DNA from: Escherichia phage SD2
DNA length: 64,000 nt
Sequence record: PQ821640
Strand: one strand, 5' to 3'
Shown here piece by piece: positions 1 through 9,341 of this stretch (positions within the stretch are counted from its first letter, which is position 1; each line of letters begins with the position of its first letter). Made by a program: the position numbers and the translations under genes. The notes under the pieces were generated by a model. It ran no database searches, was not told where the DNA came from, and was given only the letters and a program-made list of their open reading frames with translations.

Positions 1-1116
1 TTACTCTGCTGGTTCCCAAGTACCTGGAATCATCTTACGTACACGTACACCTGTTGGTTTAGTAGGTATTCCACCATCGGAAAACTCTTCATACTCAATC
101 TCAACAAATTTACCAATTAACATTTCGGCATTTTCTGCTTTACGATAGTTAATGGTTTCATCTGAATCCTTACGCATCAGGAATTCGACTACTTTACCAT
201 TTTCCATCTCGCCTGTCAATACCCCGTCACCATTTTTATCACGTTTTGCACTTACCACTTTAACTTCAAGCGTCTGCCGTGGTTTACGTTTAATAACATC
301 ATAAGAACGTTTATCAAACTCGTAAACACCTTGTGCATTACGATACACAACACCTTCAGCTTTCTCACGCAGAGCTTTTGCATAGAACGCATCAAACTGC
401 TCTTGGTTTTCAATGTACTCTGTATGTACTACACAAATAAGTTCATCTAAACCTTTATCTTCAACAACTTCTTTTAGAGCAGCCAAAACTTCAACCCTCT
501 TCTCAAATGGTACAGATGGCACAGGAACATCATATACATAGTATTTAAGAAGCGGAGTGTTAGCATTATGCTTTTTCCACGCACTATTGATTTGTTGAAG
601 GCTAAGGACACCCAAACCAGCAAAAACTTCACCGTCAAGAGGATGACCAACTACTTCTTTAATGAAGGTTGGAATTTCTTTCCAGTGAGGTGGAAGTTTA
701 TATACTTCCCCAGCTTTAGATAAGCATTCACCTTGCATGTTAATCATTGAACGTAGACCATTCAATTTATACTGTGCATAACCTGGGAACAAAACACGAT
801 CAGCATAATCTTTATAATCCTGACATTTCATGGGTGTGGAAGGAACATGGTTTTCAGCTTCCTCTTTTGTTTTATAATACCCATTCTTAAGTTGCTTTGT
901 CCATTTGGCAAGAGCTTCTATTTCAGCTTGTTCTTCTGCTGTTGTTTCATTTGAGCGACCAATATTTTTAGGTTCTGCTGTATAAGATTTGCTAGTAATC
1001 TTTCCACCTAATTGACCATGAGCAACAGTTACAACACTACCTTCGGTATAGACTGACCACTGTTTAATTTTACCTGTAGAAGTTTTACCATACAATGTAG
1101 GATTAGTTTGTTTCAT
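1..1116 (-). CDS. ATP-dependent DNA ligase
   Basis: Motif I KxNGxR (YKLNGLR) and motif IV EGVVYR in the translation; start chosen at ATG 1116 behind a GGAGG site rather than the upstream ATG at 1164; stop at window position 1-3. Confidence 0.8.
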   Translation of the reverse strand: MKQTNPTLYGKTSTGKIKQWSVYTEGSVVTVAHGQLGGKITSKSYTAEPKNIGRSNETTAEEQAEIEALAKWTKQLKNGYYKTKEEAENHVPSTPMKCQDYKDYADRVLFPGYAQYKLNGLRSMINMQGECLSKAGEVYKLPPHWKEIPTFIKEVVGHPLDGEVFAGLGVLSLQQINSAWKKHNANTPLLKYYVYDVPVPSVPFEKRVEVLAALKEVVEDKGLDELICVVHTEYIENQEQFDAFYAKALREKAEGVVYRNAQGVYEFDKRSYDVIKRKPRQTLEVKVVSAKRDKNGDGVLTGEMENGKVVEFLMRKDSDETINYRKAENAEMLIGKFVEIEYEEFSDGGIPTKPTGVRVRKMIPGTWEPAE

Positions 1117-1306
1117 CTTTAACCTCCAGTTGCGAAAGAACCCATTTAGCCATTTCAATTTCACCGTGTAGTCTGCCTAGTTCATAGGCATCATCAATAT
1201 TACCACCAGTGTAATCATCCACCATAAAGTAAGGATCTTCGCTACTGTTAGGTGCGTTTGCAATTCTCGTTAGTTCTTCAATAAATGTCATAGTTACCCT
1301 TACCAA
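1103..1306 (-). CDS. hypothetical protein (67 aa)
   Basis: ORF in the co-directional early operon; overlaps ligase start by a few codons. Confidence 0.4.
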   Translation of the reverse strand: MVRVTMTFIEELTRIANAPNSSEDPYFMVDDYTGGNIDDAYELGRLHGEIEMAKWVLSQLEVKDETN

Positions 1307-1524
1307 TTATACACAAGAGTTTGAATCTCTTCCATCAAATCTTCAAGATCTGTATCAACGTATTCAGAAGATGTTGCCATAAAGTATGTAATCATTGTGA
1401 ACCCTTCCGAAGAAAGGGCATCAAGGATATCATTAAACATATCTTCCATTTCAGTATTCTCACCAAATGAGAATAACATTTGTTGATCTTCGCTTACACC
1501 TTTAACATAGATAGCTGTACTCAT
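1300..1524 (-). CDS. hypothetical acidic protein (74 aa)
   Basis: Tightly packed co-directional ORF. Confidence 0.4.
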   Translation of the reverse strand: MSTAIYVKGVSEDQQMLFSFGENTEMEDMFNDILDALSSEGFTMITYFMATSSEYVDTDLEDLMEEIQTLVYNW

Positions 1525-1527
1525 ATA

Positions 1528-1848
1528 TTAATCCTTAAGACGTTCATTTAAATCTGCAATAACATCACCTAAATCTTCACATTCCAGTGTTAACTCTGAA
1601 ACTTGTCCACTCAAATAACAAACTTCTTCATTTAGATCTGAAATAATGTTTTCTAATGAATCTACTTGGTCATCATACGAACGTTTTGTTTCTTCAAGTT
1701 CTTCCGTAAGATCATTAATCAAACGGAGCAAAGATAAGATATAACCGTCTCCTGTCTCGTTCCTCCACTCACTTCCGTAGCGATAAATAATAATTTCACC
1801 ATTATCGACTACTGTAAAATACTTACCTTCACCAGAATAAATTTCCAT
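1528..1848 (-). CDS. hypothetical protein (106 aa), acidic coiled-coil-like C-terminus
   Basis: ORF with overlapping stop/start packing in the operon. Confidence 0.45.
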   Translation of the reverse strand: MEIYSGEGKYFTVVDNGEIIIYRYGSEWRNETGDGYILSLLRLINDLTEELEETKRSYDDQVDSLENIISDLNEEVCYLSGQVSELTLECEDLGDVIADLNERLKD

Positions 1849-1857
1849 ACACTCTCC

Positions 1858-2262
1858 TTATTGTAGCTTAAGTGAACTGCGAAGACGTTTCTCTTGCTGA
1901 TCACGAATATGTTGTGGAACCTCATGAATTGAGTCGTTACCGTGCCTATTTTCAACAACTAAAGAGATAACTTGATAACCAAACTCTTCAGCAAGAGTTA
2001 AATAAGGTTTAAGTTCTTTCTCTGTGGTTGAAGTGTTAGAGACAATAATCTTTTTAATATTAGATGCCATAGCATCACGAACAATACTCTGACACCATGC
2101 GTGTGCTTTACCTACATTCTCTGGCTTCCAATCGTAAACACCACTTTCTGTGTAATGATATTGATCTGCCTCACAGATAGGCCAATAACCTTCAGAAATA
2201 ATTTCTGCTACTGTAGATTTACCTGCACCTGAAACACCACGTAAAATGATAAGTTGTTTCAT
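1858..2262 (-). CDS. P-loop kinase, polynucleotide 5-prime-kinase-like
   Basis: Walker A GVSGAGKST at the N-terminus; size and layout resemble the T4 Pnk kinase domain; sits directly downstream of a ligase-like and a phosphoesterase gene. Confidence 0.6.
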   Translation of the reverse strand: MKQLIILRGVSGAGKSTVAEIISEGYWPICEADQYHYTESGVYDWKPENVGKAHAWCQSIVRDAMASNIKKIIVSNTSTTEKELKPYLTLAEEFGYQVISLVVENRHGNDSIHEVPQHIRDQQEKRLRSSLKLQ

Positions 2263-3195
2263 TTAGCCTCCAAAGAAGTTTTCTATTTCTTTACGTCGCT
2301 CTTGTGGATCTAAAGCAGCCCATTGAGTCTTAGTAAAGTTGTTTCGAAGCCATTCTAGCAAAGTATAATATTCTTCGTCAACAATTTGTTTAGCATTTTT
2401 TGGGTTGTCCCAAATCATATCCCACTTCTTATTGCCACCACGCATAAGGAATTTCTTAGCAAGATAGTATGGTGACTTAATCTTTAACAGCAAGTTAAAC
2501 GGATAGTTTGTTTCACGAACAACAAACCCTTCGTGCTTACAATGTTTAGACATTTCAACAACATCTGAAAATTTAATCATCGGATAAACTTCAGGACGTT
2601 TAAATTTTGTAATAGATGCAATCCCATCGAGCACACCTTCAGGTAACATGAAACTTGTCCCATCAAGATTTTGAATCCTTGCTCCAATTAAGTATGCGCC
2701 TGGTTCTTCTTCGACAATATGTGGATCAGAAGCATCACAGATTTCAAAAAGGAAAGTTGCTTTTGCACTTTCTGTCCACTTAATGAAATATTCTATGTCA
2801 TCACACTCTGAAACAATATGGTTCTTGGCAAGAATTGCAAAATCTGACTCTAGGCTCCCTGTTGTTGATACAATAAGTTGCCCTTTGTACACACCTACAG
2901 ATGCCATAAAACCGTTTACTTTACGGACAGCATCTACAAGTTGGTCTGCTGGAAGATCTGTACCATTCTCAAAACGATTAAAGATTTTAGTAAAAGGCCA
3001 AATAACAACATTATCTTCTGAGTCAACAACCAACCCACGACAATCTAGAAGTCGTTTGTCAACGTTCCACAAGTTATCCCAGAATACATTGTTTTTGTAT
3101 TTAAGTACAGCAAGACCAGCATACTCTCCAGATTTAACTTCTTTTTTATGTACTAAACCTTTTGCAATCAGGTCATCACAATTGAACTTAGCCAC
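2263..3195 (-). CDS. ligase-family nucleotidyltransferase, probable RNA ligase
   Basis: Covalent nucleotidyltransferase motifs: motif I KVNG, motif IV EGFVVR, motif V LLKIK; distinct from the DNA ligase at 1-1116. Confidence 0.5.
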   Translation of the reverse strand: MAKFNCDDLIAKGLVHKKEVKSGEYAGLAVLKYKNNVFWDNLWNVDKRLLDCRGLVVDSEDNVVIWPFTKIFNRFENGTDLPADQLVDAVRKVNGFMASVGVYKGQLIVSTTGSLESDFAILAKNHIVSECDDIEYFIKWTESAKATFLFEICDASDPHIVEEEPGAYLIGARIQNLDGTSFMLPEGVLDGIASITKFKRPEVYPMIKFSDVVEMSKHCKHEGFVVRETNYPFNLLLKIKSPYYLAKKFLMRGGNKKWDMIWDNPKNAKQIVDEEYYTLLEWLRNNFTKTQWAALDPQERRKEIENFFGG

Positions 3196-3196
3196 C

Positions 3197-3748
3197 TTAA
3201 TCTCCTTTGATTATCTTATGATGGTCTACAACAACAATATCACGCTTATCCATAATAGAGATGATTTCGTCAAAATGCAAGATTTTTCCGTGTGCGTCCC
3301 AACCAACATCCAACATTTTCCCATACAAATGATCAGGGAATGATCCGTGAGAGTGCCCGTGTAGCATGATTGAACCATGCCCTTGTTTATTCCAGGCAGC
3401 CATAGGATAATGACTTAAGACGAAGAACAGTTTCTGATATTTCACTTCGTCATAATACACCACCTCACCATATTCTGCAAGCACTTCTCGGTGTTTGCTG
3501 TAGTCATGGTTCCCAACACAGTAAGTAATATCCCCTTGAAGACGTGAAGCAATCTTACGGGTATCTTCTTCAGTCCCGAAACAGAAGTCGCCCAAGTGCC
3601 ACATCTTGACACCAGGACTCGTAGCACATTTATTCCATGCTTCAATCAGGGCTTCTGTCATATGATCCATATCTTCCCACTGGCGATATTCAGGAGCAAA
3701 CTCTCGAATACGTTTGTGCATAAAATGCAAATCACTTGTAATAAACAT
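3197..3748 (-). CDS. calcineurin-like metallophosphoesterase
   Basis: Motifs DLHF, GDFCFG, GNHD, HGHSHG in canonical order. Confidence 0.75.
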   Translation of the reverse strand: MFITSDLHFMHKRIREFAPEYRQWEDMDHMTEALIEAWNKCATSPGVKMWHLGDFCFGTEEDTRKIASRLQGDITYCVGNHDYSKHREVLAEYGEVVYYDEVKYQKLFFVLSHYPMAAWNKQGHGSIMLHGHSHGSFPDHLYGKMLDVGWDAHGKILHFDEIISIMDKRDIVVVDHHKIIKGD

Positions 3749-4110
3749 TAGTATAATCCCTCGCTGAATAGTTCACTGTCGTGACCATTTCTTTCATAGT
3801 TAATTTGTTTGGCGTTATCTGCAATGATATAAGCATCTTTGCGACTCCACCAGTTATAATACTGATCAATAAACCATTGATTATCAGGTAAGCAAAACAG
3901 TTTATCAATCAACCCTGCATCTTTTAAAACATTAAGTTGTGCAGATAATACAGGATTTGCATGCCTAACACAAGGAATAATTAACTCTTCGCCATTGTTG
4001 AGGATATACTTATTCGCAGCGCATACTATAACACGTTGAGCATAGTGATCCTCACCAATCCAAGTAAGAGGTTGGTAACAAATATCATGTTGATTAGTAG
4101 CGCACATCAA
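3748..4110 (-). CDS. hypothetical protein (120 aa)
   Basis: ORF with start overlapping upstream stop. Confidence 0.45.
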   Translation of the reverse strand: MMCATNQHDICYQPLTWIGEDHYAQRVIVCAANKYILNNGEELIIPCVRHANPVLSAQLNVLKDAGLIDKLFCLPDNQWFIDQYYNWWSRKDAYIIADNAKQINYERNGHDSELFSEGLY

Positions 4111-4265
4111 TTTTCTCCGTACTCTTTTAATCTATCAGCGAAAAAACTGTAATCAGGAAGTAAAAGATCATTACTCGTATCGTTACAGTTTTCTTCATCT
4201 TTATAGATAAAACGCCCTTCATCCTCTTCTTGCTCTGACCAAACTGAGTAATGCATAATACCTAC

Positions 4266-4640
4266 TTAATAGTTAACACGTTTAATTTCAACACCATAGG
4301 ATGAAATAAAATTTTCCTTAGCTAACATATATTTAGCGGCAGCAGAAGGATTTGATGTATGAACATAGATAGTTTTAAGAGCATCCCATTCACCAGCGTA
4401 CAACATACATTCTACGTCTAAGAACGCATGATATCCTTCTTGATCTTCTCCAAGATCATTATCGAAGTGTATCTCTGAGATGTTATTGAAATTATCTTCA
4501 TCTGAAACAAAAGATAACCAATCCTCAAAAGATTTTAACCAAATGGCATCCTCATAACCATAATCTTTAGGATCTCTTAAATCGTCTAACCAAAGAATTT
4601 TAGCCACTATCAACCCCCTTCCTGTTTCTCTTCTTTCCAA
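4266..4640 (-). CDS. hypothetical acidic protein (124 aa)
   Basis: ORF in early block. Confidence 0.45.
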   Translation of the reverse strand: MERRETGRGLIVAKILWLDDLRDPKDYGYEDAIWLKSFEDWLSFVSDEDNFNNISEIHFDNDLGEDQEGYHAFLDVECMLYAGEWDALKTIYVHTSNPSAAAKYMLAKENFISSYGVEIKRVNY

Positions 4641-4801
4641 GTTTTACCATTATCTACCAACTTCTTAGAAACAGCAAATCTTTCTCCATTGATATAAAAC
4701 AAATAAAGAATAAAGGATTTTCCTATAGTTACAGTATCTACTACTTTTACACGCTTCACACCTTGCATGTATTTGGCTTTACCTGAATAAATAAGGAACA
4801 T
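4610..4801 (-). CDS. hypothetical protein (63 aa)
   Basis: Short ORF, packing consistent with operon. Confidence 0.3.
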   Translation of the reverse strand: MFLIYSGKAKYMQGVKRVKVVDTVTIGKSFILYLFYINGERFAVSKKLVDNGKTWKEEKQEGG

Positions 4802-5079
4802 TACTTATTCCTTTTGTTGTTGATCACATCTAAAGCTGTGTAAGGTTTGTTTGTACCGCTGTATTCAAGAATAATTGGTACATATTCATAGATCAACTCA
4901 AAAGTACCATACATAGAATCTGCAACTGAAATAAGCATTTCAGTGCCTTTGTCGTTCTTAATTAATGAAAATCTTGCCCCTGGTTTATTGAGCACTTCAT
5001 ATTTCTTACCTGCTGTCAGCAAACCTGAATACCATTCATTTTGCACAACAGACAAACACTTCAGATAAGTTTTTCTCAT
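4801..5079 (-). CDS. hypothetical protein (92 aa)
   Basis: ORF in early block. Confidence 0.4.
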   Translation of the reverse strand: MRKTYLKCLSVVQNEWYSGLLTAGKKYEVLNKPGARFSLIKNDKGTEMLISVADSMYGTFELIYEYVPIILEYSGTNKPYTALDVINNKRNK

Positions 5080-5417
5080 TTCTTTTTGCTCCTTCTTTTA
5101 GGTTTCTCGTATAAACCTAACACAGCCGATTCTTTTGCACAAATAGGAACTGACTTCATTCCTCGTTTTTTAGCTTCTGGTAGATTCAAAACCCACCAGC
5201 CAAACCAGTACAATTCATCTTCTGTGAAAGGATCTGCCATAGGATCTGCATCACGTGCTTCAAATTTAGCAAGAGCTTCTTCTATCTTTTCTATTGGAGT
5301 ATCAAAGACAAAAGCCTCTGTGTCAAATTTTTGTTTCTTAGGAGCGGCTTTTGCCGCCCCGTCTTTAGATGCGCGCTTTGTTACGGATCGCTTCTTCGGT
5401 GTTTTCGCCATCAACAA
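5076..5417 (-). CDS. hypothetical protein with lysine-rich basic termini (113 aa)
   Basis: KKRSVTKRASK N-terminus and RRSKKK C-terminus suggest nucleic-acid binding. Confidence 0.4.
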   Translation of the reverse strand: MLMAKTPKKRSVTKRASKDGAAKAAPKKQKFDTEAFVFDTPIEKIEEALAKFEARDADPMADPFTEDELYWFGWWVLNLPEAKKRGMKSVPICAKESAVLGLYEKPKRRSKKK

Positions 5418-5604
5418 CCTCCATGCGGTGTAAGAAATCTTGCTGGAATCGCCAATACTGTTGACCAGTCCTTACATCTTCGTAGATCACAACAGGATCA
5501 AATACTTTAGATACACCCGCTGGTTTAGGAAAGCCAACTACACGATATAAACCGCCTTTGCTAATACAAGAATATGTTACATCAGTTAAAATTTCTTTTT
5601 TCAT
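5365..5604 (-). CDS. hypothetical protein (79 aa)
   Basis: ORF; overlaps neighbour so true start uncertain. Confidence 0.3.
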   Translation of the reverse strand: MKKEILTDVTYSCISKGGLYRVVGFPKPAGVSKVFDPVVIYEDVRTGQQYWRFQQDFLHRMEVVDGENTEEAIRNKARI

Positions 5605-5798
5605 TTCTTAATAAACTCCAATACAGGTACGTGATCAGCAGTTAAAGTTACACAATTGTAACTTACCTTTTCAACTTCAGAGAATGCTTCAACCCATAGC
5701 AAGAAATTCTCTTTAGCTTCTTCATAATTCAATGTTGACTTAACAACATGGAACTCACCAAGGATTACTCTGTAGATTGTTTGCATAGTTTGATTCAT
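5601..5798 (-). CDS. hypothetical protein (65 aa)
   Basis: Short ORF in early block. Confidence 0.3.
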   Translation of the reverse strand: MNQTMQTIYRVILGEFHVVKSTLNYEEAKENFLLWVEAFSEVEKVSYNCVTLTADHVPVLEFIKK

Positions 5799-5864
5799 TT
5801 ATTTTTCCTTTGTTTAAAATGTGTTAAACAATCGCAAATGCTTGTGACGCACTTTGTGATCCCA

Positions 5865-6272
5865 CTAATTAATGTCAGCACTATGATTGTTGAGAGTATA
5901 GGATACTCCATCGCCCAAGTCAACATGAATCTCAACTCCTAACTGTCTTTCTAATGGTAAACGTTTTGAGAATTGATAATTACAAAGTTTACAGTCTAAG
6001 TCAAGCAACTCATGTTTGCTTAAACCTGCAACGATAACTTTGCTTCCCACTGTCCACTCAATACCTTCAAAGTTATCTTTTCTTTTCAAAATGTCAAGTA
6101 AGAAGATGATTTGTTGCCATTCCGTAGACAAGTCTTCTTCATAGAAGGCAGAACAAAAAGTTTTATCATCGTAGAAAGCATACATTATGCCTCCATCTAT
6201 TGTTTCACTTCTAACGTAACGTGTGACCCTCATTATTCCCTCCTGTATGGCTCTGTAACGAGCTAATAGCAC
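5865..6272 (-). CDS. hypothetical protein (135 aa), first gene of leftward block
   Basis: ORF adjacent to divergent AT-rich control region. Confidence 0.45.
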   Translation of the reverse strand: MLLARYRAIQEGIMRVTRYVRSETIDGGIMYAFYDDKTFCSAFYEEDLSTEWQQIIFLLDILKRKDNFEGIEWTVGSKVIVAGLSKHELLDLDCKLCNYQFSKRLPLERQLGVEIHVDLGDGVSYTLNNHSADIN

Positions 6273-6574
6273 CTAAGATATGCAATCACCTTACCTCACA
6301 GTAAAACTCGTTACAATCGTTTTTAGGAGGTTTAGGTTGTACTTAAAAATAATCTAAAAAGGTGTTGACAAACGCAAAAAAGTATGCTACCCTAACCCAC
6401 GAAAAACGCCGAGCGCAGCGAGGGGGTGTTATCTAATCTTGTGATACATGATCTAACAGACAACTGAGTAGTCTACATATAGCACTATGTTATGTCTATA
6501 ATACTAACATACATGCTCTATACTAACAATAGATTATTTATTAATTTTATTATTAATTAAATAATAAATATCTA

Positions 6575-6603
6575 TTGACTTTAGATCTATCTGTATGTAG
6601 AGT
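6575..6603 (+). promoter_or_regulatory. sigma70-like promoter (TTGACT-N17-TAGAGT)
   Basis: -35 and -10 hexamers with 17-nt spacer about 40 nt upstream of the 6643 start. Confidence 0.45.
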
Positions 6604-6642
6604 AGAGAACATAAAGTCCTAACTCAACTAAGGAGATAAAGA

Positions 6643-7536
6643 ATGAAAGTTAGTATTCTGCATGGTGTTGACTGTTATGTTACTGATGTAGACGTTAAAG
6701 TGTTTACATTCTCTGGTGGAGAACAACATGTTCAATTAGATACGAATCTATCAGGTTTCAATCATGCTACAGACAGAATCTTACTCACTTTAGAAGTAAG
6801 ATCTGCTAAAGACTTGATGACTTTGGTTATGACTAAGAATGCATTGGACAATATGCTATATCATAAACCGTATTGTGTTGATTTACTCATGTTGTATGTG
6901 CCGTATGCACGGCAAGACAGAGTGTGTGAGCCTGGGGAAGCATTCGGAGTTAAAGCATTTGCTTCTATAATTAATTCATTAAATTTCTCACGTGTTATCG
7001 TTGCTGATCCGCATAGTGATGTTACTCCAGCAGTGTTTGACAGACTCTGTGTAATACCTCAAGAAGAGATTGCTTACGAAACTTTAAAGTGGAAGTTACG
7101 TATGGAGAATTTTGCTCTTGTTAGCCCTGATGGTGGTGCTCTTAAGAAAATATTTAAATTATCTAAGAAAATGTCTTTAGATGTGTTCTGTGCAGAGAAG
7201 GTTAGAGATACCGCAACAGGTGCTATTGTTCGTACAGACATTTCTGTACAGGATTTCAATAAGCGTAACCTGATGATCGTAGATGATATCTGTGATGGTG
7301 GTAGAACTTTTATCGAATTGGCTAAAGTGCTACGTGCTCGTAACGCAGGTAAGATTGAGCTATATGTTACGCACGGTATCTTTTCTAAAGGTCTTAAAGA
7401 GTTAAGTGAGCACTTTGACTGCATTCATTCTCTTAATGTGTGGGAAGATAACATCCAAGAAGATTCTGGTGTTCTTGTTAAGAATCAGTCAGATTTGCAA
7501 CAACAAATTGTATCTCCATACGTGTGGAATTTTTAA
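6643..7536 (+). CDS. ribose-phosphate pyrophosphokinase-like protein (PRPP synthetase family; possibly ADP-ribose pyrophosphokinase)
   Basis: PRPP-binding loop MIVDDICDGGRT and DPHS motif; AGGAG site before ATG. Confidence 0.75.
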   Translation: MKVSILHGVDCYVTDVDVKVFTFSGGEQHVQLDTNLSGFNHATDRILLTLEVRSAKDLMTLVMTKNALDNMLYHKPYCVDLLMLYVPYARQDRVCEPGEAFGVKAFASIINSLNFSRVIVADPHSDVTPAVFDRLCVIPQEEIAYETLKWKLRMENFALVSPDGGALKKIFKLSKKMSLDVFCAEKVRDTATGAIVRTDISVQDFNKRNLMIVDDICDGGRTFIELAKVLRARNAGKIELYVTHGIFSKGLKELSEHFDCIHSLNVWEDNIQEDSGVLVKNQSDLQQQIVSPYVWNF

Positions 7537-7546
7537 ATAATAAGTG

Positions 7547-7575
7547 TTGACAATAGGGAGTATGCTTAGTAAGAT
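7547..7575 (+). promoter_or_regulatory. sigma70-like promoter (TTGACA-N17-TAAGAT)
   Basis: Consensus -35 with 17-nt spacer; same motif recurs upstream of many units in this window. Confidence 0.5.
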
Positions 7576-7607
7576 ACTCCCACATTAACAAACAAGGAGA
7601 CATAACT

Positions 7608-9341
7608 ATGAATATTTTTGCACCTTTTGCTACTGATTGGTACAAACCTGGTCACAAGCAGATGTACAACCAAAATACAAAACTTATTTTCTCTAATTTA
7701 ACTCCTCGTAATGATAAAAACTTTGCACACTATGCAGATCGTGAAGCACGTGGTGTGATTGTTTTAGGTATTCGTCGAGCAGTCACTGATGCTCTTGTAA
7801 CTATGTGGGATAGCTTCTTTAAAATGTCTCGTAGTGCAGCAGTAAATAAATTTTATCGTATGTCTAAAAATGCGTTAGGTGCTTCTGCTCCTTCTGCTGA
7901 ATGTTGGGGAGAATTGCACGACTTAGGTTATCTTCCGCTGGAAGTTCGATCTCTGCCAGAGGGTGTTTTGTGTCCTATTGGTGTTCCTGTATTTACTGTG
8001 CATAATACTTTAGAAAAATTCTTTTGGTTAACTAACTATGTGGAAACACTGTTGTCAGATGAAACTTGGAAGACAATGACTAATGCCACAGCAGCTTTTC
8101 AGTATAAGCGTATCGCTATGGCATATGCGATGGCAACGTGTGATAATATTGATCACGTTAACTTCCAGTGTCATGATTTTAGCCTACGTGGTTTAAGTAA
8201 TATCGAAGATGGTTATAAGAGTGGTATTGCTCATTTAGCATCTTTCACAGGGACAGATAATATTCTGGCTATTGAAACTGTGCATGATTATTATGGTATT
8301 GATTATGATCAGTTTGTTGCAGGTTCTATTCCGGCAACAGAACATTCAGTAGCAACTACTAACATTGGAGCTATTGTTGAAGACCTGAAGAAACATTTCC
8401 CACATCTTAAAGATGATGTAGATGGTCTTCGTTATGTAGCAGAGAAAGAGTTTCTTCGTCGTTATATTGAAGAAATTGTTCCAGAAGGTTTTTGTTCATA
8501 TGTAGCAGATTCCTATGATTACTGGGCTGTCTTGACTCGAATTCTGGTAGAATTGAAAGATTCCATTATGTCACGAAATGGTCGTCTTGTTATTCGTCCA
8601 GATTCAGGAGATCCGGTTAAAGTTGTTGCAGGATACAATGTTGAATCTTTTGATAACTATGAAGACCTCTTAAATAATGGTATTGCGACAGCCACTGAAG
8701 TAGTTCATTTGGCTGATGTTAATAAGTATTACAATGTTCTTCAGGATTGCAGTGTTGCTGACTGTATTGATGAAACTTATGAGATTCCTTATTGTGAAGC
8801 AGTAGGTTCTATTCAAATCCTTTGGGAAGTGTTTGGTGGTACTATCAACCGAAAAGGCTACAAGGTTCTTGATCAGCATATCGGTATGATTTATGGTGAT
8901 TCCATTACTGTTGAACGAGAACACGAGATCTTACGCCGACTGAAGAAGAAAGGTTTTGCAGCTTCCAATATTGTATTTGGTGTTGGTAGTTATACTTATC
9001 AGTTCAATACACGAGATACTTTCGGTTTTGCTGTTAAAGCAACAGGTAGTATCATCGGTGAACACGAAATTTTGGTAAGTAAGGAGCCTAAAACTGATCC
9101 TGGTAAACGCTCTGCAAAAGGTTTTATTAAGGTTGTTAAGGATACCAATGGTAATCTTTCTCTTGTAGATAATCTTTCTTTTAAAGATATCCAGGATGAA
9201 GACAATGAGTTACAAGTTATCTTCAAGGATGGTAAGGTTATTACACCACAAGTAGAAGGCCGTGATGAAACATTCACTGATATCCGCAACCGTGTTGATG
9301 TAGAGGTTCTTCGTACTATGGGAACCATCCAGGTTGACTAA
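7608..9341 (+). CDS. nicotinamide phosphoribosyltransferase-like protein (NadV/NAMPT family)
   Basis: N-terminal DWYKPGHKQMY resembles the NAMPT start; 577 aa; immediately follows the Prs-like gene. Confidence 0.7.
   Translation: MNIFAPFATDWYKPGHKQMYNQNTKLIFSNLTPRNDKNFAHYADREARGVIVLGIRRAVTDALVTMWDSFFKMSRSAAVNKFYRMSKNALGASAPSAECWGELHDLGYLPLEVRSLPEGVLCPIGVPVFTVHNTLEKFFWLTNYVETLLSDETWKTMTNATAAFQYKRIAMAYAMATCDNIDHVNFQCHDFSLRGLSNIEDGYKSGIAHLASFTGTDNILAIETVHDYYGIDYDQFVAGSIPATEHSVATTNIGAIVEDLKKHFPHLKDDVDGLRYVAEKEFLRRYIEEIVPEGFCSYVADSYDYWAVLTRILVELKDSIMSRNGRLVIRPDSGDPVKVVAGYNVESFDNYEDLLNNGIATATEVVHLADVNKYYNVLQDCSVADCIDETYEIPYCEAVGSIQILWEVFGGTINRKGYKVLDQHIGMIYGDSITVEREHEILRRLKKKGFAASNIVFGVGSYTYQFNTRDTFGFAVKATGSIIGEHEILVSKEPKTDPGKRSAKGFIKVVKDTNGNLSLVDNLSFKDIQDEDNELQVIFKDGKVITPQVEGRDETFTDIRNRVDVEVLRTMGTIQVD

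Noticed and set aside
2783-3343. 186-aa plus-strand ORF
   Set aside because: Antisense to the ligase-like and phosphoesterase genes; low-complexity Ser/Thr-rich translation.
5041-5433. 130-aa plus-strand ORF
   Set aside because: Antisense to two early minus-strand genes; no start context.
7074-7424. 116-aa minus-strand ORF
   Set aside because: Internal to the Prs-like gene on the opposite strand.
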